From Sulfurovaceae bacterium (GTDB lineage Bacteria; Campylobacterota; Campylobacteria; Campylobacterales; Sulfurovaceae), in contig CAWCLM010000004.1 in NCBI GenBank assembly GCA_963796395.1, positions 54,666-118,665 on the forward strand: a stretch of DNA of 64,000 bases, written 5' to 3'. The notes under the pieces were generated by a model that was not told where the DNA came from, did no database searches, and worked only from the letters and a program-made list of their open reading frames with translations. Both the position numbers and the translations under genes were made by a program. Below are positions 9,745 through 19,377 of the stretch, one piece after another (positions within the stretch are counted from its first letter, which is position 1; each line of letters starts with the position of its first letter).

Positions 9745-10845
9745 TTATTTGGACATTTTTTCAAATACATTTTGTGTCACTGGAATCACCAAAAGGGAAT
9801 CTACTAAAAGAAAGTCATCTGTCAGGTGATTAGATCTTTTGATCTCCTCTTTATCTGCTTCATACTGTTTTGCTATCTCTTCTAATGTTTCACCCAGACT
9901 TACATTGTGTGAGATCATATGTGATTTGTATGATATTGGTATGACCGGTTGCTCATAGCGTAAATAAAAAGCATACATCTTCTCTATAGGAATTGTGATC
10001 TTATGGACTGGTTTATCAGAAGGTACTATACCATCCTTCAAACTCTTATTAAGTCTTACAAGCTTTTCCTCTTCCATTTTGAGTAGTTTCGCTATCTCTT
10101 TTAATGAGATTCCAGAATGAACTTCCACCTGTATCAGAGCGTTTTGCCAAACATCATTTTTATCATCAATACCCAGGGTGATATTTTCACCGATCATTGC
10201 AAGAAGAAGAATTTTTTTAATATATTGCCGTGTTTCACGAGGTAAGTATTTCAAATTATCATCTGTTAATACACTGATCTCATCCGTTCCTGCACGTTTA
10301 ATGGCTCTGTTAAGACAGCCTTCTCCACAGTTGTATGCCATGGCAGCAAGATACCACTTTCCAAACTGTTTGTGCAGTTTATTGAGATATTGTATCGCTG
10401 CAGATGTAGCACTGACCATATCATATCGTTCATCGTAACTGTTATATACTTCGAGGTTGTAATCTTTGGCAGTTTCTGGCATGAACTGCCATAAACCCAC
10501 AGCTTTTTTGGGAGAGACAGCATCTAAAGAAAACCCGGACTCCACCATAGAAAGATAGATAAAAAGATCACTGACACCATCATCCGCCAACAATCCCTGC
10601 ATCATAGGCAATATCTCCTGCCCTCTATCAAGAGAGTGTTTATAAAAGCGTTTTAGGTTTTTTTCATGCTTTGAGACAAAAGAGGCAAAGTTATCGTTGT
10701 ACAGATACGATTCATCCACATCAAATTCATGAAATACATAGCTGTAGCTTGGATATTTATTTTCTATAGATAACGCAAAAGCAGCATTGATCCAAAGTAT
10801 ATGAATCAATAAAAGTGTCCTAAAATATCCTATCAGTGTTTGCAT
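9745..10845 (-). CDS. lytic transglycosylase with two LysM domains (MltD-like)
   Basis: 366 aa. The SLT catalytic region is MVESGF..GLWQFMP..AYNCG, followed by two C-terminal LysM-like repeats. Confidence 0.8.
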   Translation of the reverse strand: MQTLIGYFRTLLLIHILWINAAFALSIENKYPSYSYVFHEFDVDESYLYNDNFASFVSKHEKNLKRFYKHSLDRGQEILPMMQGLLADDGVSDLFIYLSMVESGFSLDAVSPKKAVGLWQFMPETAKDYNLEVYNSYDERYDMVSATSAAIQYLNKLHKQFGKWYLAAMAYNCGEGCLNRAIKRAGTDEISVLTDDNLKYLPRETRQYIKKILLLAMIGENITLGIDDKNDVWQNALIQVEVHSGISLKEIAKLLKMEEEKLVRLNKSLKDGIVPSDKPVHKITIPIEKMYAFYLRYEQPVIPISYKSHMISHNVSLGETLEEIAKQYEADKEEIKRSNHLTDDFLLVDSLLVIPVTQNVFEKMSK

Positions 10846-11615
10846 TAAATATTAAAAAGCCTTTGGGCATTGTGTGTACTGATATTTTCTATCTCGGTTT
10901 GGCTAAGCTCAGAGAGTTCAGCCATTTTCTCTGCAACAAATGTTGTATACGAAGGTTCATTTCTTTCTCCGCGATGAGGATGTGGCGTAAGGTATGGTGC
11001 ATCTGTTTCAATGAGTAATTTCTCTAGAGGAATCTTAGTATACACATTGATAAGTTTTCTGGCATTTTTAAAGGTCAATACCCCGCCTATACCATAATAA
11101 AAATTCTTCTTTGCAAGTTTCAGTAAAGACTCATCTGCATTATAGCAGTGTAATACTCCACCCTCTTCTCCTGCATGTTCTTCCAGTAAAGCCAAACAAT
11201 CTGCACTTGACTCTCTTATATGTACTATGAGAGGTTTATGCATCTCTTTTGCCCAAAGGATCTGATCCAAAAATACCTCTTTTTGCAGTTTCTTCTCTTC
11301 TTCTATCTCATCTTGTGATTCTGGCAGTCTAAAGTAGTCCAAGCCGCATTCACCGATAGCAACACACTTAGGATGTCTGATAAACTGTTCCAAATAACTT
11401 TTATCATAATTACGGACATCATAAGGATGGACACCTACAGCAAAATAAACACTCTCGTACTTTTCTGCCAACTCTACCGCACGCTCTAAAGTCTCAGGAT
11501 CAGCACCGGGTATAATAAATTTTTGCACACCTTTTTGTCTTGCACTCTCCAAAACTTCTTCTATATCTTCATTATATCGTTCATCATCTAAATGACAATG
11601 TGTATCTACTAACAT
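10845..11615 (-). CDS. tatD: TatD family metal-dependent hydrolase/DNase
   Basis: 256 aa with N-terminal DTHCHL and ETDAPYL near the C-terminus. Its TAATG stop overlaps the start of the downstream gene. Confidence 0.85.
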   Translation of the reverse strand: MLVDTHCHLDDERYNEDIEEVLESARQKGVQKFIIPGADPETLERAVELAEKYESVYFAVGVHPYDVRNYDKSYLEQFIRHPKCVAIGECGLDYFRLPESQDEIEEEKKLQKEVFLDQILWAKEMHKPLIVHIRESSADCLALLEEHAGEEGGVLHCYNADESLLKLAKKNFYYGIGGVLTFKNARKLINVYTKIPLEKLLIETDAPYLTPHPHRGERNEPSYTTFVAEKMAELSELSQTEIENISTHNAQRLFNI

Positions 11616-11740
11616 ACTGCTTCTACCCTATTTTTTGAAACATTATAGCAAAAATCCATTCTTTCACGTACATTCCAACGCAAATATAATATTAAATAAG
11701 ATATAGTTTATAATAAATTATAATATGAGAAGGGACTTTT

Positions 11741-12424
11741 ATGCTTGGAACGGCTGTATTATCTATCTTTATTATCTTCATTGTTCTCATTATTTTTCTT
11801 GAATATAGAAATGAAAAAAAATATCAAGAGAAAAGACGTCAAACCCGCCAAAGACCGGAAAGAAACAAGAAGGGTACGCATACCCAAGCCCCTACAAAAG
11901 CCCCTCCTAAACCTGAACCCGTTCGCAGAGTTGAACCAAAAGCCGAGCCTAAGCCAGAGCCAAAGAGAGAAGTTAGACCTGAACCAGAACCAGAACCTAA
12001 AATAGAGGTTAAACCTGAACCTAAGCCAGAACCCAAAATTGAAGTAAAACCAGAACCTAAAGTAGAAGTCAAAGAAACAAAAGAATTACCTGAGGCCAAT
12101 TACCCTCCATTTACACATGTGCGTCTGGTGGAAATGGGGCTTTCAGACGATGAAGCCAAAGAGTTTGTTGCAGAACTTATCCCACAATTAGAAGAGCAGA
12201 TACCGCTTATAGAAGAAGCGATGAATATTTCTGATTTTCATCAAATGGAACGCTTGACACACGGTATTAAAGGTTCAGCAACGAACATAGGTACAGGAGG
12301 AGTTTCAGATCTTTTGGTTGATTGCAATACCTATTTTAAAGAGGGTACAGATATAGATATAGCCAAAGCCTATTTCAAACATCTCGTTCATTATACAAAT
12401 GAACTAAAAACACAATACACTTAA
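11741..12424 (+). CDS. membrane-anchored HPt (histidine phosphotransfer) domain protein with a Pro/Glu/Lys-rich spacer
   Basis: 227 aa. An N-terminal TM helix is followed by a positively charged stretch and a PEPK-type spacer. The C-terminal ~110 aa carries the HPt signature around H in LTHGIKGSATNIG. Confidence 0.65.
   Translation: MLGTAVLSIFIIFIVLIIFLEYRNEKKYQEKRRQTRQRPERNKKGTHTQAPTKAPPKPEPVRRVEPKAEPKPEPKREVRPEPEPEPKIEVKPEPKPEPKIEVKPEPKVEVKETKELPEANYPPFTHVRLVEMGLSDDEAKEFVAELIPQLEEQIPLIEEAMNISDFHQMERLTHGIKGSATNIGTGGVSDLLVDCNTYFKEGTDIDIAKAYFKHLVHYTNELKTQYT
11888..12076 (+). repeat. coding tandem repeat (Pro/Glu/Lys-rich, TonB-spacer-like)
   Basis: Two perfect 12-aa units PEPKIEVKPEPK lie at 11990-12025 and 12026-12061. 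They differ at 6 synonymous and 0 nonsynonymous positions and are flanked by degenerate EPK/VEVK units. Confidence 0.85.
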
Positions 12425-13950
12425 GCTCTTAATTTCTTAGCAAACTCTACGGCTTCATCTGTAGGGTTTTCTCCTGCAATGATCCTTGCTATTTCAGAGA
12501 CACGTGTCCTATCATTTAAAACTTCTACCTGACTCTTCTGCCCTACTTTTGTTACTACGATATGCTGCTGTGCCTTAGCTGAGAGATGCGGCTGATGAGA
12601 AATAGCAAAAACCTGATATACCGATGAGAGCTTATGGATCATCTCAGCTATAGCTATAGACTCATCTCCACTCACGTTAGCATCTATCTCATCGAGTATA
12701 AGTACACCTTGTTTACTATTATCTGCGGGTATAGTCGTTGCCATGAGTGCCAATCGTACACGGTTAAACTCTCCACCGCTTAGCGTAGATGTTTTAGACG
12801 TACCAAGCATAACATCTACACTGTCTGTTCCACTTTGGGCTAAAGAAGTCTGGGAGAATTCAAAAGTAAGTGCCGGAAGCTTGAGCGTTTTGAGATACTT
12901 CTCTAAAACCTTTTCAAGATTTTTGGCTTCTTTCTGACGTAACTGTGAAAGCTTTGATGCGATGATGTTCAGCTCTGAAAATTCCAAAGCTAAAAAAGAC
13001 TCTAACATGCTCTTATCTTTTTCTATATTCTGATATCCTGAAAGTTCTTTCTCTTTGGTTTCTTTATAGACTATCGCTTCTTCTATACTTCCATAACGGT
13101 TCTTAAGTGTTGTAAGGTCGCCAAGACGATCTAAGACCTCTTCTATATTTACTTCTTCAAGTTCATCTGCCAGACTTTCCGTCTCTTCGAAGTCAGCACG
13201 AAGTTGATTCATAGCATCAGTGAACACAGATCCGTCTTTATCTAAAAGTCTATAGACCTCTTCCACACTTGACTCAAGTGTAAAAATATCTGCAGCATGT
13301 GAAAGTGCATCTTTGATCTTATCTATACGAGAGAGCTGTTGTTTGACCTTGAGTAACGCTTCATCTTCACCAACTTGCGGATTGATAGAAGCTATTTTTT
13401 CCACTTCATAGGTCGCATACTCTATCAGTTCAATAAGCTTGGCCTCATCTTCTTTGATCTTCGTGAGCTGCGAAGCCTTCTCTTTATAATTTTTATAACG
13501 TTTTTTGTACTCTTTGGACAACGCTTTAAACGTTTTATCTTTTGCTCTTAATTGCGTGTCTATCATCTCTAAAAGTGTTTCAGGTTCAAACCCGCCCTTG
13601 TCACGCACTGAAAGATATTTCACATAAGGTACGAACATTTCAGCTAAAACTTTTTTGGAGATATTTTGCCCGTCGATGAAGTAGCGAAGCTTCTCTTTTT
13701 TTAGTGTTTTAACGGTTAGATCATCTTCAAGTTCATAGACTTCACTTTTCATCCCTGTGGGCTTTTCCAAATTCACTTCACAGAGTGCAGCTGCACCTTG
13801 TGTCGTATGACCAAAACTGGAGAGTATGGCAGACATCAGTACAGATTTTCCAGCTCCGCTGGGACCTGTTAGAACGACCAAGCCATTTTCAAACTCTAAC
13901 TCAACTTCATCAAAAGTAACAAGATCACGCAGATATAAACGCTCTATCAA
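12421..13950 (-). CDS. recN: DNA repair protein RecN
   Basis: 509 aa with Walker A GPSGAGKS, a long coiled-coil middle, an SMC signature LSGGE and Walker B LILDEID. Confidence 0.9.
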   Translation of the reverse strand: MIERLYLRDLVTFDEVELEFENGLVVLTGPSGAGKSVLMSAILSSFGHTTQGAAALCEVNLEKPTGMKSEVYELEDDLTVKTLKKEKLRYFIDGQNISKKVLAEMFVPYVKYLSVRDKGGFEPETLLEMIDTQLRAKDKTFKALSKEYKKRYKNYKEKASQLTKIKEDEAKLIELIEYATYEVEKIASINPQVGEDEALLKVKQQLSRIDKIKDALSHAADIFTLESSVEEVYRLLDKDGSVFTDAMNQLRADFEETESLADELEEVNIEEVLDRLGDLTTLKNRYGSIEEAIVYKETKEKELSGYQNIEKDKSMLESFLALEFSELNIIASKLSQLRQKEAKNLEKVLEKYLKTLKLPALTFEFSQTSLAQSGTDSVDVMLGTSKTSTLSGGEFNRVRLALMATTIPADNSKQGVLILDEIDANVSGDESIAIAEMIHKLSSVYQVFAISHQPHLSAKAQQHIVVTKVGQKSQVEVLNDRTRVSEIARIIAGENPTDEAVEFAKKLRA

Positions 13951-14819
13951 TTTTCATCACCCCAAGAGAGCTTTTCACGTAATACGGAAAAATAATTTCG
14001 CTCTTTTCTATGCAGCAGTTTTGCACCGCGTTTTGCACCCATGATCACAAGTGTGTCTTCTGAAACCATCTCGTAATCATCTTGCCCGTCAATGACTGCG
14101 ATAACACGCTCTTCAGGAGAAGAAAGTTCAATCGTAAAGTCAGCAGGCACAACCAACGGACGCTGTGTTAAAGAGTGTGCCATGATAGGCGTCATGATCA
14201 ATGCTTGAGTAAGTGGATACATTACAGGACCACCAGAAGCAAGATTATAGGCTGTAGAGCCTGTAGGAGTTGCGATAATAAGTCCATCCCCTTTATAGGT
14301 ATTGAATCTTACACCATCAATAGAAGCATAGATAGTTGCCATTTTAGAAACTACCGGACGCGTCATCACGACATCATTAAATGCAAAGAATGGTTCTTTT
14401 TTACCATTTTTTCTTTGTACATACCCTTCGATCATCATACGTTCATCTATACGATACTCTCCTGAGATAAGTTGTTCTAAGAATAATTCTACATCATCGA
14501 TAGTTACGTCAGCCAAAAAACCTAAATTACCGGCATTAATACCTACCACAGGCTTCATAGAACCATGAGAACGACGTACCAGTGAAAGTAAAGTACCATC
14601 ACCGCCCAAAGAGACTAGAAAGTCTGATGTTTCACACATTTGTTGAAACTCTACACCTTCAAGACCTATCATATCTGCTGAACGCTCTGCTAAGATCACA
14701 GAGATCCCTTTATCCTCAAACTGTTTTTTAACCCGTTCATAAAGTGCTTTGATCTCCGGATCATTGGGTTTCAATATAAACCCTGCCGTTTTGACCTGTG
14801 CTAATTTTTGATTACTCAT
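13947..14819 (-). CDS. nadK: NAD+ kinase
   Basis: 290 aa with the GGDGT motif (SLGGDGTLL) and the NadK-type NxGxLGFL and TPTGSTAY motifs. Confidence 0.9.
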   Translation of the reverse strand: MSNQKLAQVKTAGFILKPNDPEIKALYERVKKQFEDKGISVILAERSADMIGLEGVEFQQMCETSDFLVSLGGDGTLLSLVRRSHGSMKPVVGINAGNLGFLADVTIDDVELFLEQLISGEYRIDERMMIEGYVQRKNGKKEPFFAFNDVVMTRPVVSKMATIYASIDGVRFNTYKGDGLIIATPTGSTAYNLASGGPVMYPLTQALIMTPIMAHSLTQRPLVVPADFTIELSSPEERVIAVIDGQDDYEMVSEDTLVIMGAKRGAKLLHRKERNYFSVLREKLSWGDEN

Positions 14820-14978
14820 CTTCTTCCTACTGCATTTAGAAACTATTATTGTTAGATTAGCATAAATTGTACTGTTAGTATATAAAAATGTGTCATATTG
14901 TTATATTTTTGAGACTGAATTTAACCCTAAACTACTTTTTGATATAATCGCGTCAATATTTAACTACGAGGATAGTCG

Positions 14979-16730
14979 ATGAGAACACATTATTGTGCTG
15001 AGATTAACGAAAAACATATTGGTGAAGAAGTCACCGTTGCAGGTTGGGTTTCCAGCCGTAGAGACCATGGTGGACTTATATTCATCGACCTTAGAGATAA
15101 AGATGAAGTAGTACAGCTTGTTTGTGACCCTGCAGATAACGCAGAGGCACATAAAATAGCTGAAGAGGTAAGAGACCAGTTCGTACTGATAGCCAAAGGT
15201 AAAGTACGTGCTAGGGGTGAAGGGCTTGAAAATCCTAAACTCAAAACAGGTAAGGTCGAGATCGTTGTAGATGATCTCAACATTGAGAACCGTTCTAAGC
15301 CAATGCCTTTTGATCTCAATGATGACAAAGTAAATGAAGAGATCAAACTTAAGCACCGTTATTTAGAATTAAGAACACAAAAGTCTTACGATATTTTCAA
15401 ACTGCGTTCAAAAGCGACTATCGCTGCACGTAATGCCCTTGATGAATTAGACTTCCTAGAAGTTGAAACACCTATCATTACCAAATCTACACCTGAAGGT
15501 GCAAGAGACTACCTTGTCCCTTCACGTGTTCATGGCGGTGAATTCTATGCACTCCCACAATCTCCACAGCTTTTCAAACAGCTTTTAATGGTAGGTGGTT
15601 TCGACCGTTACTTCCAGATAGCAAAATGTTTCAGAGATGAAGACTTAAGAGCAGACAGACAACCGGAATTTACGCAAATAGATGTTGAAATGTCTTTCTG
15701 TGATCAGGAAGATGTGATAGCAGTCGCTGAAAAACTTATAAACGATATATTTACAAAGTGTGGGTTTGATATTCCTGCTACATTTAAACGTATGCCTTAC
15801 TCTGAAGCGATGGAAAAATACGGTTCAGACAAACCAGATATGCGTTACGACCTTGCTATGGTAGATGTGATAGATATCTTTGAAAGATGTGACAATGAGA
15901 TCTTCTCAAAAATTGCAAAGACTCCTAAGAAAAACCGTATCAAAGCATTGAGAGTACCAAAAGGTGACGAGATCTTCTCAAAACGTCAAATGAAAGGTTT
16001 TGAAGAGTATGTACGTAAGTTCGGTGCATCGGGTCTGGGTTACTTCCAGATGAAAGAAGATGGACTTAAAGGACCTCTTGCCAAATTCTTTACAGAAGAG
16101 GATCTTCAAGCCATCATCGAGAGATGTGGACTTGAATTGGGTGATGCAGTCTTCTTTGGTGCCGGTGATAAAAAACTTGTATGGGATTACATGGGTCGTT
16201 TCCGTATCTATCTTGCTGAGATCATGGATATCATTCCTCAAGATACATTTGAATTTTTATGGGTCATGGACTTCCCTATGTTCGAAGTTGAAGATGGCAA
16301 GGTCAAAGCACTTCACCATCCATTTACACAGCCAAAGTCATTGGACTATGAAGATATCGAAGAGATAGAGTCTATCGCATACGACATCGTTCTTAACGGT
16401 ACAGAGCTTGGTGGTGGGTCTATTCGTATCCATAAAGAAGATATGCAAGCTGAGATCTTTAAACTTCTTGGTATCGATGAAGAAGAAGCGCAAGAGAAAT
16501 TTGGTTTCTTACTTGATGCACTCAAGTTCGGTGCACCGCCACATGGTGGTTTTGCCTTAGGTCTTGACAGACTTATTATGCTTATGACAGGTGCTTCAAG
16601 TATCCGTGAGGTCATCGCATTCCCTAAAACGCAAAAAGCACAGTGTCTTCTTACACAAGCTCCAAGCCCAGTAGATGCAGAACAACTTAAAGATCTGAGC
16701 CTTAGAATCAGACAAACACCAACAGTATAA
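14979..16730 (+). CDS. aspS: aspartate--tRNA ligase
   Basis: 583 aa with an N-terminal OB fold ([17 protein letters not shown]), class II motifs ([14 protein letters not shown]; GGGSIRIH; GLDR) and the bacterial insertion domain. Confidence 0.95.
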   Translation: MRTHYCAEINEKHIGEEVTVAGWVSSRRDHGGLIFIDLRDKDEVVQLVCDPADNAEAHKIAEEVRDQFVLIAKGKVRARGEGLENPKLKTGKVEIVVDDLNIENRSKPMPFDLNDDKVNEEIKLKHRYLELRTQKSYDIFKLRSKATIAARNALDELDFLEVETPIITKSTPEGARDYLVPSRVHGGEFYALPQSPQLFKQLLMVGGFDRYFQIAKCFRDEDLRADRQPEFTQIDVEMSFCDQEDVIAVAEKLINDIFTKCGFDIPATFKRMPYSEAMEKYGSDKPDMRYDLAMVDVIDIFERCDNEIFSKIAKTPKKNRIKALRVPKGDEIFSKRQMKGFEEYVRKFGASGLGYFQMKEDGLKGPLAKFFTEEDLQAIIERCGLELGDAVFFGAGDKKLVWDYMGRFRIYLAEIMDIIPQDTFEFLWVMDFPMFEVEDGKVKALHHPFTQPKSLDYEDIEEIESIAYDIVLNGTELGGGSIRIHKEDMQAEIFKLLGIDEEEAQEKFGFLLDALKFGAPPHGGFALGLDRLIMLMTGASSIREVIAFPKTQKAQCLLTQAPSPVDAEQLKDLSLRIRQTPTV

Positions 16731-16740
16731 AGGACATACA

Positions 16741-17334
16741 ATGAAAAAATTATTTCTTATTATCGGAGCACCAGGTTCTGGTAAAACAACAGATGCAAGT
16801 ATCATCGCTGAGAACAACAGTGACGCTATCGTACACTACTCAACAGGTGACATGCTTAGAGAAGAAGTTGCAAGTGGTAGTGAACTTGGTCAAACGATAG
16901 AAAGCTATATTTCTAAAGGTGCTCTTGTACCTCTTAATATCATTGTAGACACTATCGTATCTGCAATCAATAATGCCCCTGTTGATAATGTCCTTATTGA
17001 TGGCTACCCAAGAAGTACAGAACAAATGACAGCATTCGATGCACTTGTTGCAAAAGAAGACAACATTGAACTTACATCTGTAATAGAAGTAAGAGTATCA
17101 GAAGAAGTAGCGAGAGAAAGAATCTTAGGTCGTCGTGCTGAAGCAGCGCCTGGTGAAGAAAGAAGCGATGACAGTGAAGAAGTATTTAACGATAGAATGA
17201 AGATCTATACTGATCCATTGGCAGAGATCCAAGCATTCTATACAGAAAAAAATCTTTTAAAAGTGATAGATGGTGCAAGAACACTTGAAGAAGTTGTTGC
17301 AGATATGGAAGCTTTTGTAAAGAGTAAGATCTAA
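16741..17334 (+). CDS. adk: adenylate kinase
   Basis: 197 aa with P-loop GAPGSGKTT and a short lid lacking zinc cysteines. Confidence 0.9.
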   Translation: MKKLFLIIGAPGSGKTTDASIIAENNSDAIVHYSTGDMLREEVASGSELGQTIESYISKGALVPLNIIVDTIVSAINNAPVDNVLIDGYPRSTEQMTAFDALVAKEDNIELTSVIEVRVSEEVARERILGRRAEAAPGEERSDDSEEVFNDRMKIYTDPLAEIQAFYTEKNLLKVIDGARTLEEVVADMEAFVKSKI

Positions 17335-17341
17335 ATCAAAC

Positions 17342-17377
17342 TACCCACTTTTAAAGTGGGTAACCCTGCATTTTTTA
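17342..17377 (+). terminator. intrinsic terminator after adk
   Basis: A 9-bp stem TACCCACTT/AAGTGGGTA (17342-17350 / 17354-17362) has a 3-nt loop. A T6 run lies at 17371-17376. Confidence 0.65.
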
Positions 17378-17563
17378 TACCATTATTTTTTCTTTTCTTA
17401 TCTAAAATATAACCTCAATTTATTTATATCGAACTTTTATTTATATAATTAAAAGAAATACTACTTAATCATCAAAAAATATACCATAAAATTGAAAAAT
17501 GTACTTTAATATTAAATAAAATTAGATACTATATAAGTACATTAACTAAAAAAGGACAAGGAA

Positions 17564-18844
17564 ATGAACGTAAAAACAACAAGAAATTTAGGGAAATTGA
17601 TCGCGCTTTCACTGATCACATCAACAGTGTTACATGCAACAAATGGAGATAATCTTATCGCTGTTGGTACTAAAGCTAGAGGTATGGGTGGTGTTGGTAT
17701 CGCTGTAAGTCATGGTGCTGAATCTGGATTAGGCAATGCCGCACTTATTACAAGTGTAGAAAGTACAGAAATTACTTTTGGTGGCACGATTTTTATGCCA
17801 GATGTTAAAACAACACTTGGTGGTTTTGCAGATGGACAACTTACAAGTGATGCAGACTTAAACATGATTCCGGAAGTATCAATTGCTCATAAAATTGATG
17901 ACAACTGGTATATCGGTGTAGGTATGTGGGGAACTGCTGGTTTGGGCGTAGATTATGGTGATAATGTACAAAATGCTGCTCTGGGACAGTTTGGTAACTT
18001 TAGAATGGTTTCAAACCTTCAACTTCTACAATTTGGTGTACCTATTGCATACAAAACAGGTGGATTAAGCCTTGCAGTAACACCTATAGTTCAGTATGGA
18101 AATTTAGATATTAACCATGTTGTACCAGCAATGGATTTGGCCCAGATTCCTAGCGTCAGATACAACTATTGGTTCAGGTTTAGCACAAGACTTTGGTTTT
18201 GGATGGAACTTGGGTATTGCTTATGACTTTGCAGCAAATGGTGTAGATGGACTGACTGTAGGTGCAATTTACAAATCTTCAATAGAAATGGACTATGATG
18301 GTCAACTTACAACGCAACTTGCATGCATTTCGCTGGATTTGGAGTTACATTACCGATTACAGATACACTTGAACAACCTGAAGAGTATGGTGTAGGTATT
18401 GCTTATGAAATGGGTCAACATACTTTTGCATTTGATTATAAGAAAATGAAATGGTCCTCTGCTAAAGGCTATGGAGACTTCGGATGGGACGATTCTGATG
18501 TCTATGCATTTGGTTACCAATATACAGAAAATGAATGGACAGTAAGACTTGGTTATAATCGTGCTGCTTCAGCTGTTGTAGAATCTAAATATGGTGGAGC
18601 ATTGAGCCCACAAGATGTTGCTGCTCAAAACTTCTTCAATCTTCTTGGTTTCCCAGCAAATGCAGAAGAACACTATACTGTGGGTGCAAGCTATGTGTTC
18701 ACAAATTCTTTCTCTGTTGATTTAGCTTATGTCTATTCTCCTGAAACAAGTGATACATTTGATATCAGTGGATTAGGCTTCTCAACAATTGAAACATCGC
18801 ACCAAGAAGACAGTATTTCTTTCCAATTGGCATATAAGTTCTAA
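17564..18844 (+). pseudogene. OmpP1/FadL/TodX-family outer membrane transport protein, interrupted by two compensating frameshifts
   Basis: Three overlapping ORFs (17564-18226, 18117-18395, 18323-18844) read as one FadL-like protein: signal peptide, GTKARGMGGVGIA, and a C-terminal beta-barrel ending ..SFQLAYKF. The frame goes +1 near 18140-18160 and back -1 near 18300-18330. Confidence 0.7.
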
Positions 18845-18860
18845 TTACTGATCTAACTTT

Positions 18861-18889
18861 TAGAAGAGATGTTAAAATCATCTCTTCTA
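18861..18889 (+). terminator. hairpin terminator after the FadL-like gene
   Basis: An 11-bp stem TAGAAGAGATG/CATCTCTTCTA has a 7-nt loop and is followed by a T-rich tract. Confidence 0.6.
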
Positions 18890-19377
18890 ACCTCTCTATT
18901 TTCATTTAATCTCTAATCTTACTAATAAACATATAAGCTGAAATCTCTATAACTTTTCATGCTAAAATAGATTTCTCCTGTGCGATTATAACAATGTATC
19001 ATTTGTATCAGTAGCCCAATAAACAATATACTGTTTATCACAAGCTGGACGATAATATTAATTATCCTATATCGTTATAAGATATGCTCATGTAGAGTAG
19101 TAAAATGTTAAAAAGTGTTTTAGATATCTCATCTTTTTTTTGAAGTAATTGCATAGAGGGTTGTTAATGATAAACTCAAAAGAATATAGTTTGCATACGT
19201 AGAAATCTCTTTCACACATCAAGTATATCCGTAAACTATACAATAATGGAAAGAGACAAGTATAACTAAGCCATAAAAGCTCTACTAGGTATGCTACGCC
19301 GCTCTTTATAATACCATTAAACCAAGCGATATAATGGCTAGGACAAAGGCATCTTTGATCAAAATGCAAACAGTGTA

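Noticed and set aside
11745-12099. Alternative-frame ORFs (11745-12005 plus strand, 11839-12099 minus strand) over the PEPK repeat.
   Set aside because: Repetitive purine-rich coding DNA stays open in several frames. Only the 11741-12424 frame links a TM helix to a bona fide HPt motif, and its repeat units differ only synonymously.
19334-19344. An 11-mer ATGGCTAGGAC shared with the inverted-repeat element (2334-2344), considered as a possible second copy of that element.
   Set aside because: Only 11 nt match and the flanks do not. Hundreds of 11-mer coincidences are expected by chance in 64 kb.
19088-19369. A 93-aa minus-strand ORF in the long gap downstream of the FadL pseudogene.
   Set aside because: The translation is Cys/Tyr/Phe/Leu-rich with no recognisable motif, signal or RBS. 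It looks like a chance ORF in AT-rich DNA. The gap itself is reported as a low-interest finding.
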